In this document: positions 41,200 through 50,974 of the stretch, in pieces
How the letters are laid out: every line of letters begins with the position of its first letter
How positions within the stretch are numbered: position 1 is the first letter of the stretch
DNA from: a virus
Lineage: Duplodnaviria > Caudoviricetes
IMG/VR virus record: IMGVR_UViG_3300032167_000006
Direction: 5' to 3' (one strand)
DNA length: 64,000 bases
Notes under the pieces: generated by a model
What the model was told of the DNA's origin: nothing
Database searches by the model: none
What the model saw: only the letters and a program-made list of their open reading frames with translations
Position numbers and translations under genes: made by a program

Positions 41200-42666
41200 A
41201 TGAACTTTAAAAACGCCGAGAATAAACGCAATGCTAAAAAAGAGGCTGAAAAATACGCCAGAGATATAGCTAACACAGTGTATTGGAATAGAATATTAAA
41301 TATATTCGATGATTTTTTAATAGATGAAGAGCATATTAATTACTTATATGGATTAAATATTGATACTTTTAATAGATTAACTATGAAGTTTACATTATCC
41401 GAATATGTAATTAGAACATTTAAAAATAGTATAGACTGGCAGTGCATTTTAACATATCAAAAGTTATCTGAAGATTTCATACGAGAAATGAAAGACCACA
41501 TTGATAACTGGTATTTTGTATCAAGATATCAAAAATTATCTGAAGATTTTATTAGAGAATTTCAAGATAAAGTTTGCTGGGATACAATATTTCAATTCCA
41601 AGATTTATCAGAGAAATTTATAGAAGAATTTGAAGATAAAATTGATAACTGGTATTTTGTATCAAGATATCAAAAATTATCAGATAATTTTATTGAAAAA
41701 TTTCATGACAAAGTCAATTGGGATTATATACTAAAGTATCAAAATGTATCAAAAGTATTAGTTAAAAAATATAAAGAAGAATATTATTTTGATTATATTA
41801 ATATGATTGGAGATATATCTAAAAATGATATAATACAATACCAAGATAAAATTAATTGGAATTTGCATTATATATATAAAAATATGTCTATAGATCTTAT
41901 TAGAGAATTTAAAGATAAAATTAATTGGGATTTGGTATGCGAAAATTGTGATCTATCAATAGATTTACTTAGAGAATTTAAAGATTATCTTGATTGGACC
42001 AGCGTATTATGCAATGTAGATGTATCTTTAGATTTTATTAGAGAATTTAAAGATTATGTCGACTGGGAATATATGACTTCTGAATTTGAATTGTATGATA
42101 GTTTTATCAGAGAATTTAGAAATTATGTCGATTGGGATGATATATCTGGATGCTATACTCTTACTGAAGATTTTATTAGAGAATTTCAAGATAAGGTTAA
42201 TTGGCATTTAATATCGGAATACCAAAAATTATCTGAAGATTTCATTAAAGAATTTCAAAATAAAATAGATTGGTGTTGTATATCGGAGCATCAGAAGTTA
42301 TCTGAAGAATTTATAACTAAATTTAAATATAAAGTCGATTGGAAAAAAATATCTCAATATCAGGTATTATCTAAAGATTTTATTATTAAATTTAAAAGTT
42401 TTGTGTATTGGGAAAACATTCAAAAATATCAAGATGCATATAAATCCTGTAGTGGTGTTTATAAAAGATACAAAACAAAATACGAAAAACTTAAACGTCA
42501 AAAATCTTGGGATGAGGAATCTTTAGTTTATCGTAATAATGGATGTTCATGTTATAATTCCGCATATGGATTAATTGCCGAACGTGATGAAGATTTAGAA
42601 TCTATTAAATACATATTAAATTCAAACCGCTATAACACATGGGAAAATATATTAAAGGAGAAATGA
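41200..42666 (+). CDS. Tryptophan-repeat protein 1; likely start MNFKN at 41200
   Basis: More than 12 copies of an ~23-aa unit W..IS.YQKLSEDFIREFQDK(V/I)(N/D). Confidence 0.85.
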   Translation: MNFKNAENKRNAKKEAEKYARDIANTVYWNRILNIFDDFLIDEEHINYLYGLNIDTFNRLTMKFTLSEYVIRTFKNSIDWQCILTYQKLSEDFIREMKDHIDNWYFVSRYQKLSEDFIREFQDKVCWDTIFQFQDLSEKFIEEFEDKIDNWYFVSRYQKLSDNFIEKFHDKVNWDYILKYQNVSKVLVKKYKEEYYFDYINMIGDISKNDIIQYQDKINWNLHYIYKNMSIDLIREFKDKINWDLVCENCDLSIDLLREFKDYLDWTSVLCNVDVSLDFIREFKDYVDWEYMTSEFELYDSFIREFRNYVDWDDISGCYTLTEDFIREFQDKVNWHLISEYQKLSEDFIKEFQNKIDWCCISEHQKLSEEFITKFKYKVDWKKISQYQVLSKDFIIKFKSFVYWENIQKYQDAYKSCSGVYKRYKTKYEKLKRQKSWDEESLVYRNNGCSCYNSAYGLIAERDEDLESIKYILNSNRYNTWENILKEK

Positions 42667-42670
42667 TAAA

Positions 42671-43120
42671 ATGCTAATAGCAAATGATACTGACAGATGG
42701 GATTTTGAAAAATCCGAAAAATTTATTAAAGATAATTTACAACAAGGTGATGAAGATGTAATATATTCACAGGCAGAATATTTAAAAGTGACAGAAGATT
42801 TTGCTAGAGAATTTAAAGATAAACTAGAAATAGAATTATTTTGTATCTGCGCCGAGTTATCAGAGGATTTCTTACGTGAATTTAAAGATGAATTCGACTG
42901 TGTGGATTGGATCAATATATCTTATTTACAAGAACTATCAGAAGATTTTATTCGTGAATTTCAAGATAAAGTTAATTGGACCGGCATAACAATGTGTCAG
43001 GATATATCTGAAGATTTCATACGTGAATTTCAGGATAAAATAGATTGGGATGCTATGCCAGTTGATAAATTATCTTATGAATTACTTGATGAATTTGAAG
43101 ACAAATTTGATTTGGGTTGA
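42671..43120 (+). CDS. Tryptophan-repeat protein 2
   Basis: Same LSEDFIREFQDK..W unit, about 5 copies. Confidence 0.85.
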   Translation: MLIANDTDRWDFEKSEKFIKDNLQQGDEDVIYSQAEYLKVTEDFAREFKDKLEIELFCICAELSEDFLREFKDEFDCVDWINISYLQELSEDFIREFQDKVNWTGITMCQDISEDFIREFQDKIDWDAMPVDKLSYELLDEFEDKFDLG

Positions 43121-43134
43121 TTGAGGTTTTATAA

Positions 43135-44046
43135 ATGAAAGAAATAAATATAGAAAAATTACAAAGCTTAATTGATGACACATCATATGAAATTATTAAT
43201 TGGAATTATATGGTGACAAATTATTATTTACCTGAAGATTTATTAAATGCTATTATAAAAAATACTTCTAAAGGTCTGGACTTAATTAAATCAATACTAC
43301 AGCATCAAAAACTATCACAAGATTTTATTAAAAAATATATTAATGATTCTAATTATAGCTATAAAATATCATTAAATAAAAATTTATCTGAAGAACTGAT
43401 TACTGATCTTGATGATGCTAAAATTAATTGGGATAATTACTTTTCAACCCATAAATTATCTGAAGATTTTATTAGGAAATTTAAAGATAAAGTATCTTGG
43501 ACGACCATAATAAATACCCAGGATTTATCTGAAGATTTTCTTATGGAATTTAAAGATGAAATTAAATGGCATGATATTATTACAGAAGTATATAAAAATT
43601 TACCTAAAAATATTATTGAAAATATTAAGAATAATATAAAATGGGATGATATATTTTATTATACACTTACAGAATGGGATGAAATTAAAAAGTGTATGCC
43701 AAGTAAGCATGAAGACTTTATTAGAAAATTTCAAGACATGCCATTTAATTGGAAATATATTTTTATATTAGGTAGTTATAGTGGTTTTAATCTATCTAGT
43801 AAATTTATTAAAGAATTTCATAGTAAAGTTGGTTGGGCTTTTATAATTCCAAGATATAAACTAAGAGCAAATTTTATTAGAGAATTTAAAAATGAATTTA
43901 CATATAGCGATTTAAAATTACTACATCGCTATCAAAAAATGTCATCAGATCTTAAGTATGAATTGCATAAAACTATTAAACCACCTGCACCAGAAAACCC
44001 TTATGCTCCAAGACCAGCAAAACGAGCAGAAGATACTAATGCATAA
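43135..44046 (+). CDS. Tryptophan-repeat protein 3 (more diverged)
   Basis: LSEDFIRKFKDKVSW and related units. Confidence 0.8.
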   Translation: MKEINIEKLQSLIDDTSYEIINWNYMVTNYYLPEDLLNAIIKNTSKGLDLIKSILQHQKLSQDFIKKYINDSNYSYKISLNKNLSEELITDLDDAKINWDNYFSTHKLSEDFIRKFKDKVSWTTIINTQDLSEDFLMEFKDEIKWHDIITEVYKNLPKNIIENIKNNIKWDDIFYYTLTEWDEIKKCMPSKHEDFIRKFQDMPFNWKYIFILGSYSGFNLSSKFIKEFHSKVGWAFIIPRYKLRANFIREFKNEFTYSDLKLLHRYQKMSSDLKYELHKTIKPPAPENPYAPRPAKRAEDTNA

Positions 44047-44229
44047 TTATGGATGGGCTGTAATTACAGCCCATCTAATTCCAATAAAGTATTTTATTTT
44101 TGCAAAAGGTTTGCCAGTAGGATAACCCTACTGGCAATTTCATCTTAATTATAAAATCATTTTATAATTTATTATAAAAGACAAAGAACCTTCTTATACA
44201 GTGTATAAAACTTTTTACTTTTACCTTTA

Positions 44230-44775
44230 TTATATTGTCAGTATTTTATTCTCATCAAATTGAACTTTTAGGCCTAAAACCATAGCATGATGAGCAATTG
44301 CCATCTTTTCAGCAGGAATATTGATATTATCATAGACAGAAATATCAACTCCGTCCTTTAATCCGGCATAGATTTCATAAAGCTGATCTTTATTATAACC
44401 AGCATTTACATACTTGGTTAAATCAAAACCTTCAGCCAATGCAGTAACAGCCCAGTTGGAAATCACATAAGGAATTTCAGGATTAAAATACGGATGCAAC
44501 TGTTCTGTGGTTAAACCATGGGAATAACCTGTAAGAAGAATCTGCATCTGAGTTGCATTAAGATCAGTATTAAGAAAACCAGTTGTCCAAATTTCTTGAT
44601 TTTCTTTAGCAGATGTAAATACTGATACTAAAAGTTGCAACTGCTCAGTATCAAAATTGCTAAGTACTTCTTCAGGTATTGCACAATTAACTATTAGATG
44701 TGTCGCATTTTCAATCCATCCTGATGAGTATTTAGGGTTATCCAAGAGTTTCAATTGTAAATTTTTTTGTTCCAT
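44230..44775 (-). CDS. Hypothetical helical-repeat protein
   Basis: Repeats of the type Q(L/M)..I..G...G.D...Y. Confidence 0.6.
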   Translation of the reverse strand: MEQKNLQLKLLDNPKYSSGWIENATHLIVNCAIPEEVLSNFDTEQLQLLVSVFTSAKENQEIWTTGFLNTDLNATQMQILLTGYSHGLTTEQLHPYFNPEIPYVISNWAVTALAEGFDLTKYVNAGYNKDQLYEIYAGLKDGVDISVYDNINIPAEKMAIAHHAMVLGLKVQFDENKILTI

Positions 44776-44881
44776 TTTTGATAGTCTCCTTTCAATAGAT
44801 TTTATTATAAAGTAAAGTTTATTTTATATTTGTAATATTTTTCTTTTTATTTAATTTCCTCCATTTTGCTTAGGTTGGCGA

Positions 44882-44893
44882 AACATTACAATA
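44882..44893 (+). promoter_or_regulatory. Late promoter AACA-N6-TA (terminase)
   Basis: AACA TTACAA TA. Confidence 0.75.
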
Positions 44894-44920
44894 AAATCTA
44901 ACAAAAGGAGGTAAAATAAA

Positions 44921-47275
44921 ATGGCTTATAATCAGCCACCTAATATGATGGGTGCAGGTCCAGCCTACGGTAATATAATGCCAGGTAGAGCTGTGGTAAA
45001 TCCAGGTCAACCGCCCCCTCAGGCTATGCCTAGAAAAAGACCTCAACAAATAAGAACTATATATGCTCAAAAAACTACTAAAAATAAAAGTTTTTTAGAT
45101 ATGCATCATTATCTTAAATCTATTGGAATTAAGAATAATGAGTTCATGTTAACACTTATTGATCCAGATCTTGATGGAATAGATCCTCATGATCCTAATT
45201 TAAATTCATATTATAAACAAAAAGTATTGCGAGAATGCTTATGTAATTATTGGTATTTCATCAGAGAAGTAGTAAGAGTTCCTTCATCTGGTAAACCAAG
45301 AATGTATAAATTAACTAGAGCCAATCTTGCATTAAACTTTTGTATGTGTTTAAACCTTAATGTGTTTGAGGAAATTCCTCGTCAGCAAGGTAAGACTGTA
45401 TCTGTTGCGATTAGATTATTATATATTTATAATTTTGGCACTACAAACTCTAAGATGGCTTTCTTACATAAGAACATGGACGGTGCTAAGGATAACTTAC
45501 AGACTCTTAAAGATATTAGAGATACTTTACCTCCATACTTAATTATGAAAGAAAGAATGTTACCAGATGGTAAAGTAGATAAGGGTAAGAATAATACTAA
45601 TGAAATAGTAAACCCATTTAATAATAATGCTATTAAAGCATATGCTTCAGCTACTAATAAAGCTAAAGCGGCATCGTTACTTAGAGGTAAGACACTTACA
45701 CTCATGTGGTATGACGAGTATGGCTTCTTACCATATAATGATGTAATCTACATGAATGCAGCTCCTGCATTTAAGACAGCTTCTATGATAGCAAAACAAA
45801 ATGGTGCTCCGCATGGTATTGTTATAACAACAACACCTGGCTTTATGACAACTCCTGAAGGTCAGGAAGCTTACCATACTAAAGAGATGGCTACTAAATT
45901 TAGTGAATCTTGGTATGATAAGACTTATAATGAATTAATTAGTATTATTAATGCAAATACCAAATCAGACTTTATATATATTAAATACACATATCAGCAA
46001 TTAGGCTGTACTGAAGAATGGTTTAATGATGTATGTAAACTTCTTAAAAACTCATGGCCGGATATTCGAAGAGAAATCTTGCTTGAATGGGCTACTGGTG
46101 TTGAAAACTCACCATTTAAAGAAGAAGATCTTGACACAATCAGCGGTCTTTTACGACAGCCAATTAGCGAAGTTTACTTACTTGGTAAATATCGCTTTGA
46201 AACTTATCTCCAAGCAGATACTAGAACTTACCCTGCATTGATAGGTGTCGACGTATCTGGCGGTTATAAACAAGATAGCTCAACCATTACTGTAGTAGAC
46301 TCATTGTCAACCAAAGTACTTGGTTGTATGAACTGTAATTATATTAGTACTCTTGATTTGGCAAGATGTATTGAGTTTATTGTTAAGAATTGGATGCCTA
46401 ATGCTATCGTCAATGTAGAACGAAACGGTGGTTTCGGTGCTACTGTTATAGCTAAGCTTATGAAGATGGGTCTTAAGAGAAATCTTTATTATGAAATAAA
46501 AGATATTGTTGTTGAAGAACGACAAGATGGTGTTCATTCATATAAGCAAAAGGTTCGTACAAAAGTATATGGACTTACATCTACCAAAGCAATCAGACAA
46601 CTTCTTATTGATATATTACTTGAACGTGTAGAAAATCATAAAGATAAAATCATATCTCCAATTATCTATAATGAATTATTAGGTATGGAGATTAAGCGTA
46701 ATGGTAAGATAGAACACTCTGCTAGCACGCACGATGACCAGGTATTCTCAATGTTAATGGCTCTTTATATGTGGTATGAAGGCGTTAATATGGCCGAACG
46801 TTTTGGTATGAAAAAGACATCTATTAAAACTGATGATGAGATAGATGAGCAGATTGATTACTATAATGATGACACTGTAGAAATTGTAGAACACTTCAAT
46901 CAACAAGATGAATTACATGAAGAAATAGAAAAAGATCTACAATCTGCAATTGCTGCAGGCGGTACTAGAATGCAAGACTTTATAGAGCAACGTAGAGCTG
47001 AAGAAAAAGCTAAATTCGAAGCTCTTGTTACTACACCTTTGGGTGAAAAAGCATATAGACAGACTTATAATATTCCAGATAGTGTTCCATTAAGTAATTA
47101 TTTTAATGATGCCAATGGATTCACTGTACCTGATTCTGTATTATTAGGATTCTATGCTGATGGAAATGCTATATTTGATATGACGGAAAGAGTAAGTGTT
47201 TCTGTAGCATCTGATGATAATCTTGGAGCTTTAGAAGATGGAGAATATAGATACCAGGATCACTTTAATTTCTAA
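44921..47275 (+). CDS. terL: Terminase large subunit
   Basis: Walker A PRQQGKT, LRGKT, Walker B WYDE, ITTTPG; nuclease motifs IGVDVSGG and HDDQV. Confidence 0.95.
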   Translation: MAYNQPPNMMGAGPAYGNIMPGRAVVNPGQPPPQAMPRKRPQQIRTIYAQKTTKNKSFLDMHHYLKSIGIKNNEFMLTLIDPDLDGIDPHDPNLNSYYKQKVLRECLCNYWYFIREVVRVPSSGKPRMYKLTRANLALNFCMCLNLNVFEEIPRQQGKTVSVAIRLLYIYNFGTTNSKMAFLHKNMDGAKDNLQTLKDIRDTLPPYLIMKERMLPDGKVDKGKNNTNEIVNPFNNNAIKAYASATNKAKAASLLRGKTLTLMWYDEYGFLPYNDVIYMNAAPAFKTASMIAKQNGAPHGIVITTTPGFMTTPEGQEAYHTKEMATKFSESWYDKTYNELISIINANTKSDFIYIKYTYQQLGCTEEWFNDVCKLLKNSWPDIRREILLEWATGVENSPFKEEDLDTISGLLRQPISEVYLLGKYRFETYLQADTRTYPALIGVDVSGGYKQDSSTITVVDSLSTKVLGCMNCNYISTLDLARCIEFIVKNWMPNAIVNVERNGGFGATVIAKLMKMGLKRNLYYEIKDIVVEERQDGVHSYKQKVRTKVYGLTSTKAIRQLLIDILLERVENHKDKIISPIIYNELLGMEIKRNGKIEHSASTHDDQVFSMLMALYMWYEGVNMAERFGMKKTSIKTDDEIDEQIDYYNDDTVEIVEHFNQQDELHEEIEKDLQSAIAAGGTRMQDFIEQRRAEEKAKFEALVTTPLGEKAYRQTYNIPDSVPLSNYFNDANGFTVPDSVLLGFYADGNAIFDMTERVSVSVASDDNLGALEDGEYRYQDHFNF

Positions 47276-47381
47276 TTAAAATACTTTATTAGAGGAGGAT
47301 AATTCCTCCTCTATTATTTTTTGAATTTTATATAAAAAAGTACAAGTATATAAAATATAAATTTAAGGAGGTACCCTTTAT

Positions 47382-48185
47382 ATGAATATGGGAAGTGTTG
47401 AGCCATATCGTATTAATAATGAGTATAATATTAGTGAAATTTTAGCTCATTTTGGCTCTGAATATACAATGCATGCTCTTGAAGATAAGTTAGATCATAT
47501 AGATTATACTTCATCACTTATCGAACCTAATTTTGTTAGTGCTTATGAAAATAATTTTAAACTTATGGAAGAAGAATATCCTGGAGATAGTTTAAATATC
47601 AGATCAGTGCGAGAAGAAGTATATAGAGATATTATTAATCTTTTATGTAAAAAATTTAATTTATCTTTTAATAGTGCAGATGATACAATTGATTTATACA
47701 CAGCAGCATATTATTTGTATGATTTCTTAGTTTGTAATAGAAATAATATTATGGTTAATTTCTTTACAGCATTTATTATAAATAATAAAGATACTCTATA
47801 TAATATTTTAACACAAGAGGACTTAAAAAAGAATAAAGATAGTTCTTCAGCATACGGAAAAAGAGTTTATGTTGATCCTAAATATATTGCAATTAGTGCA
47901 AACATTCCTAGAATTATAAACTATATTAGCACATTTGATATTCAGCTTAATAATATTTTCCAAAGCACATATGTAGATTTTAATATAGTGCAATTTCTTG
48001 ATAATGCATTTGCTGACAATGGTAATTTCTTTAAAGATTATTATTGTAGCGTTGTAAATAATATAGAAATGGCACCAATTATTATTATAAATATAAGACT
48101 TGCATTACAACGTCTTGTTGGAGATATTAGTGCATCACATATTGATGAGCTTATAACATCAGATACAATAGAAGAAAATAAATAA
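47382..48185 (+). CDS. Hypothetical late protein
   Basis: AAGGAGG RBS; TACA-N6-TA motif at 47341. Confidence 0.7.
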   Translation: MNMGSVEPYRINNEYNISEILAHFGSEYTMHALEDKLDHIDYTSSLIEPNFVSAYENNFKLMEEEYPGDSLNIRSVREEVYRDIINLLCKKFNLSFNSADDTIDLYTAAYYLYDFLVCNRNNIMVNFFTAFIINNKDTLYNILTQEDLKKNKDSSSAYGKRVYVDPKYIAISANIPRIINYISTFDIQLNNIFQSTYVDFNIVQFLDNAFADNGNFFKDYYCSVVNNIEMAPIIIINIRLALQRLVGDISASHIDELITSDTIEENK

Positions 48186-48208
48186 ATTATTTTAAGGAGA
48201 ATAATTTT

Positions 48209-49246
48209 ATGAACGAAGAAATTAAAAATGAAGAAGTAAATACAACTCTTACAGATGAACAGGTTCACCATATTTATACTGAATTATCTGATGTAGATAA
48301 AGAAAGTATGGATAATTTAGCAGCTGCTAAAAAAGAAACAGAGGAAACTGTTTATACATCAGAGGATAATACTGAAATAACTGAAGAATTTATATCTGGA
48401 GTTACTATATCTGAAGTTGAAGACATTAAAGAAAATGAAGAAGATGTAAAAGATGCTCTTAGTGGATATGATTTAGATAATGAATCTATGATGCAAATGC
48501 TAAATCTTATCAATGATTATAAAGCCGGTAAACAAACTAATTTATATTCTAAATTACCTGAATCTTTTAAGAAACTTGTTGATAATATGGTAGCAAGTGA
48601 AAATGTACCTAAAAATCAAAAAGTAGCAATGAGAAATGAAGCAGCTAAAATACTTATAGATAGCTTTATTAATGATGCTAAAATGTCAGCCACTATAGAT
48701 GAATTTTCCGCAGAATTAAACACTGCCATATGTGAAATGAATTCAGAATATGATAAAATGATTTCAGATGCAATGGATGAAACATTTAGCAAAATAGAAG
48801 AAATCAGAGCAGAAGATCCAGAACAAGCTGAAAAATTGGAATCGATTAAAAATGCATTTGATAATGCTTTAACATTTGACAAACAGCTTGAATGGATTAA
48901 AATGATGCCAGCAAATGCTCTTAAAAAACTAGCAGATAAAGAGTACAGTAATTACGTTAGACAATTCAACACAAGAGTAAATAACAATACTTTTGGAGTT
49001 ACAATTCCCGATGTTAGTGAACTTCTTCCTATAATTAAAGCTGCTTTTGATGGTAAATATAGTGGTAATACTATTAAAAAGTTTATATTAGCAATATGCA
49101 GAACTTCTGCTAATCCTAATGATCTTGCTGGTACTGCATATAATTATAGAATAGTTTCTAGTATTTACAGATATAAGTTTACAGCAATAGACGAGAAAGG
49201 TGAAATTATCTTTAGGAATATCTCCAAGGTTATTGAAGAAATCTAG
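48209..49246 (+). CDS. Hypothetical acidic helical protein
   Basis: AAGGAG RBS; same operon. Confidence 0.7.
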   Translation: MNEEIKNEEVNTTLTDEQVHHIYTELSDVDKESMDNLAAAKKETEETVYTSEDNTEITEEFISGVTISEVEDIKENEEDVKDALSGYDLDNESMMQMLNLINDYKAGKQTNLYSKLPESFKKLVDNMVASENVPKNQKVAMRNEAAKILIDSFINDAKMSATIDEFSAELNTAICEMNSEYDKMISDAMDETFSKIEEIRAEDPEQAEKLESIKNAFDNALTFDKQLEWIKMMPANALKKLADKEYSNYVRQFNTRVNNNTFGVTIPDVSELLPIIKAAFDGKYSGNTIKKFILAICRTSANPNDLAGTAYNYRIVSSIYRYKFTAIDEKGEIIFRNISKVIEEI

Positions 49247-49262
49247 GGAGGTAACTTAGTAT

Positions 49263-50102
49263 ATGTATAGTCATATTATAAATGGTCATTACATGTTTGG
49301 TAATACATTTATTCAACCAGAAATGTATAGATACAATAAAATTCGCCATCATTATATGGCACCTGCTAAAAGGCCTATGCCGCCATATCCTGATATGGTT
49401 AATAGACCAATTCAATGCCCTAATGCAGGTGCAGCTGGATGCTGTTTGGCATATGAGGATAATGGTACTAAAGTAGATGCACCATATACAGATTCTAATA
49501 AAGACGGTGCTAATAAATGTGCTGATTGTAAAGATTGTCCATTCTCATCAGATGGCATCATAAGAGATCCTTTATTAACAAATTTAGTTAATATAGAAAC
49601 TTCTGTAGTGAAGACTCTTAAAATTACTTTATATGGAACTTCAACAGAACAGGATAAAACTATTGAGATGAAAACAGGTGGTCGTTACGCTGTTACATAT
49701 ATAACTGAACATGGCCTTGTAACATCTGTAGGATATCTTGAATTGATTAGCGATAGCGTTCCAGACGAATGCACTAGATATATTAATACTACTAATGCAG
49801 CAGCTGTATCTACAGCTTATATAGGAATGGATTGTTCTACTGAAGGGCATTCTGATAAAAGAAAGATTTATATATCTACTATAAGATCTATACAAGTTCT
49901 TGCTGAAGGTGAAGAGCCGGAAACTCCAGAAGTTAAATCAATGAGAGAAAGACTTCAATCATTATTAGATGCTATAGAAAAAGGCGAATTAGTATTCTGT
50001 GATGATAATTGCGGTGTTGGAACTGAAGAAATTAAACCATCAGATCCTGAAGACAATTATGATGATGGCGATGATGGTTTTGATGTTGAAATTATAGGAT
50101 AA
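49263..50102 (+). CDS. Hypothetical protein with Pro/Cys-rich N-terminus
   Basis: GGAGG RBS; CP...CC...CADCKDCP. Confidence 0.7.
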   Translation: MYSHIINGHYMFGNTFIQPEMYRYNKIRHHYMAPAKRPMPPYPDMVNRPIQCPNAGAAGCCLAYEDNGTKVDAPYTDSNKDGANKCADCKDCPFSSDGIIRDPLLTNLVNIETSVVKTLKITLYGTSTEQDKTIEMKTGGRYAVTYITEHGLVTSVGYLELISDSVPDECTRYINTTNAAAVSTAYIGMDCSTEGHSDKRKIYISTIRSIQVLAEGEEPETPEVKSMRERLQSLLDAIEKGELVFCDDNCGVGTEEIKPSDPEDNYDDGDDGFDVEIIG

Positions 50103-50105
50103 ATA

Positions 50106-50135
50106 TAACCCATAGGGATCACTCCCTATGGGTTA
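50106..50135. terminator. Hairpin terminator
   Basis: TAACCCATAGGGA TCAC TCCCTATGGGTTA. Confidence 0.8.
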
Positions 50136-50178
50136 AAATTTCGGACTTTAAAATAAATATAAGAGGAGGTGCTATGCC

Positions 50179-50889
50179 ATGGATTTTTTTAAAACTGTTA
50201 AAGATAAAGTTATATTTAGCGGAGATGGCGAGTTAATTTACTATGTTCCTGAGAAGTATTTTGAAATTAAAGCGGCTGAAGCTGTAGGTGAACGAATTGG
50301 CACAATAGGTATATTTACATATGCTGTATTTGATAAAAATGGTAAAAGACTATTATTAAAACCATTTAATTGCCCTACAATGATAGAATGTATTCCAAAT
50401 TCTATAACTAAAGAAGCTAATTATACTTTAGAAGGTACAAAAGAACCTAAAGCATACAGATTACTTCATTTTAAAAATGGCGATGAATTAATTTGTTCCA
50501 CACAAATACCTGTAGATTTTGCAGTATTGGAAAAGTTTATTAATATATTCAAACGTGGTAATTTACCAGAGAATATTCCTTATAATCAAATACAAGATTA
50601 CATACTTAAAAATGCAGAATTATGTAAATTTGATTATAAAGTATCAGCTCAAATTATAGGTATGGTTATATCTGAAATATACCGTAGTGAAAGTGATCTT
50701 AGTAAGCCATTTCGTATTGCTGATACAAATGATATGCTAGCATACAAAGCAATTTCTATAGATAAGGTTCCAAAGTACACTTCTGCGTTTACTGCGGTAA
50801 CCTCTGATAACGCAGATGAAGCTATTGCAGCTGCTATGACATCTAAGACTCATAAGGATTCTCCATTAGAGAAGATAGTCATGGTATAG
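50179..50889 (+). CDS. Conserved hypothetical late protein
   Basis: Strong RBS; late promoter; immediately before the sheath gene. Confidence 0.65.
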   Translation: MDFFKTVKDKVIFSGDGELIYYVPEKYFEIKAAEAVGERIGTIGIFTYAVFDKNGKRLLLKPFNCPTMIECIPNSITKEANYTLEGTKEPKAYRLLHFKNGDELICSTQIPVDFAVLEKFINIFKRGNLPENIPYNQIQDYILKNAELCKFDYKVSAQIIGMVISEIYRSESDLSKPFRIADTNDMLAYKAISIDKVPKYTSAFTAVTSDNADEAIAAAMTSKTHKDSPLEKIVMV

Positions 50890-50900
50890 CGGCTTTTATA

Positions 50901-50912
50901 AACATATCAGTA
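50901..50912 (+). promoter_or_regulatory. Late promoter AACA-N6-TA (sheath-tube)
   Basis: AACA TATCAG TA. Confidence 0.8.
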
Positions 50913-50974
50913 AAGCTAACGCTTTAGTTTATTTATAAATAAATTAAAAACAACTATAAGGAGGTAATACCAAT

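Noticed and set aside
41200-44046. Periodic ~69-nt repeats as a CRISPR array or DGR
   Set aside because: Repeats are in-frame coding units with synonymous variation; no cas or reverse transcriptase gene and no adenine-specific TR/VR pair seen.
7256-47275. Group I introns or inteins in RNAP, polymerase or terminase genes
   Set aside because: All are continuous ORFs of plausible size with no homing-endonuclease or intein motifs seen.
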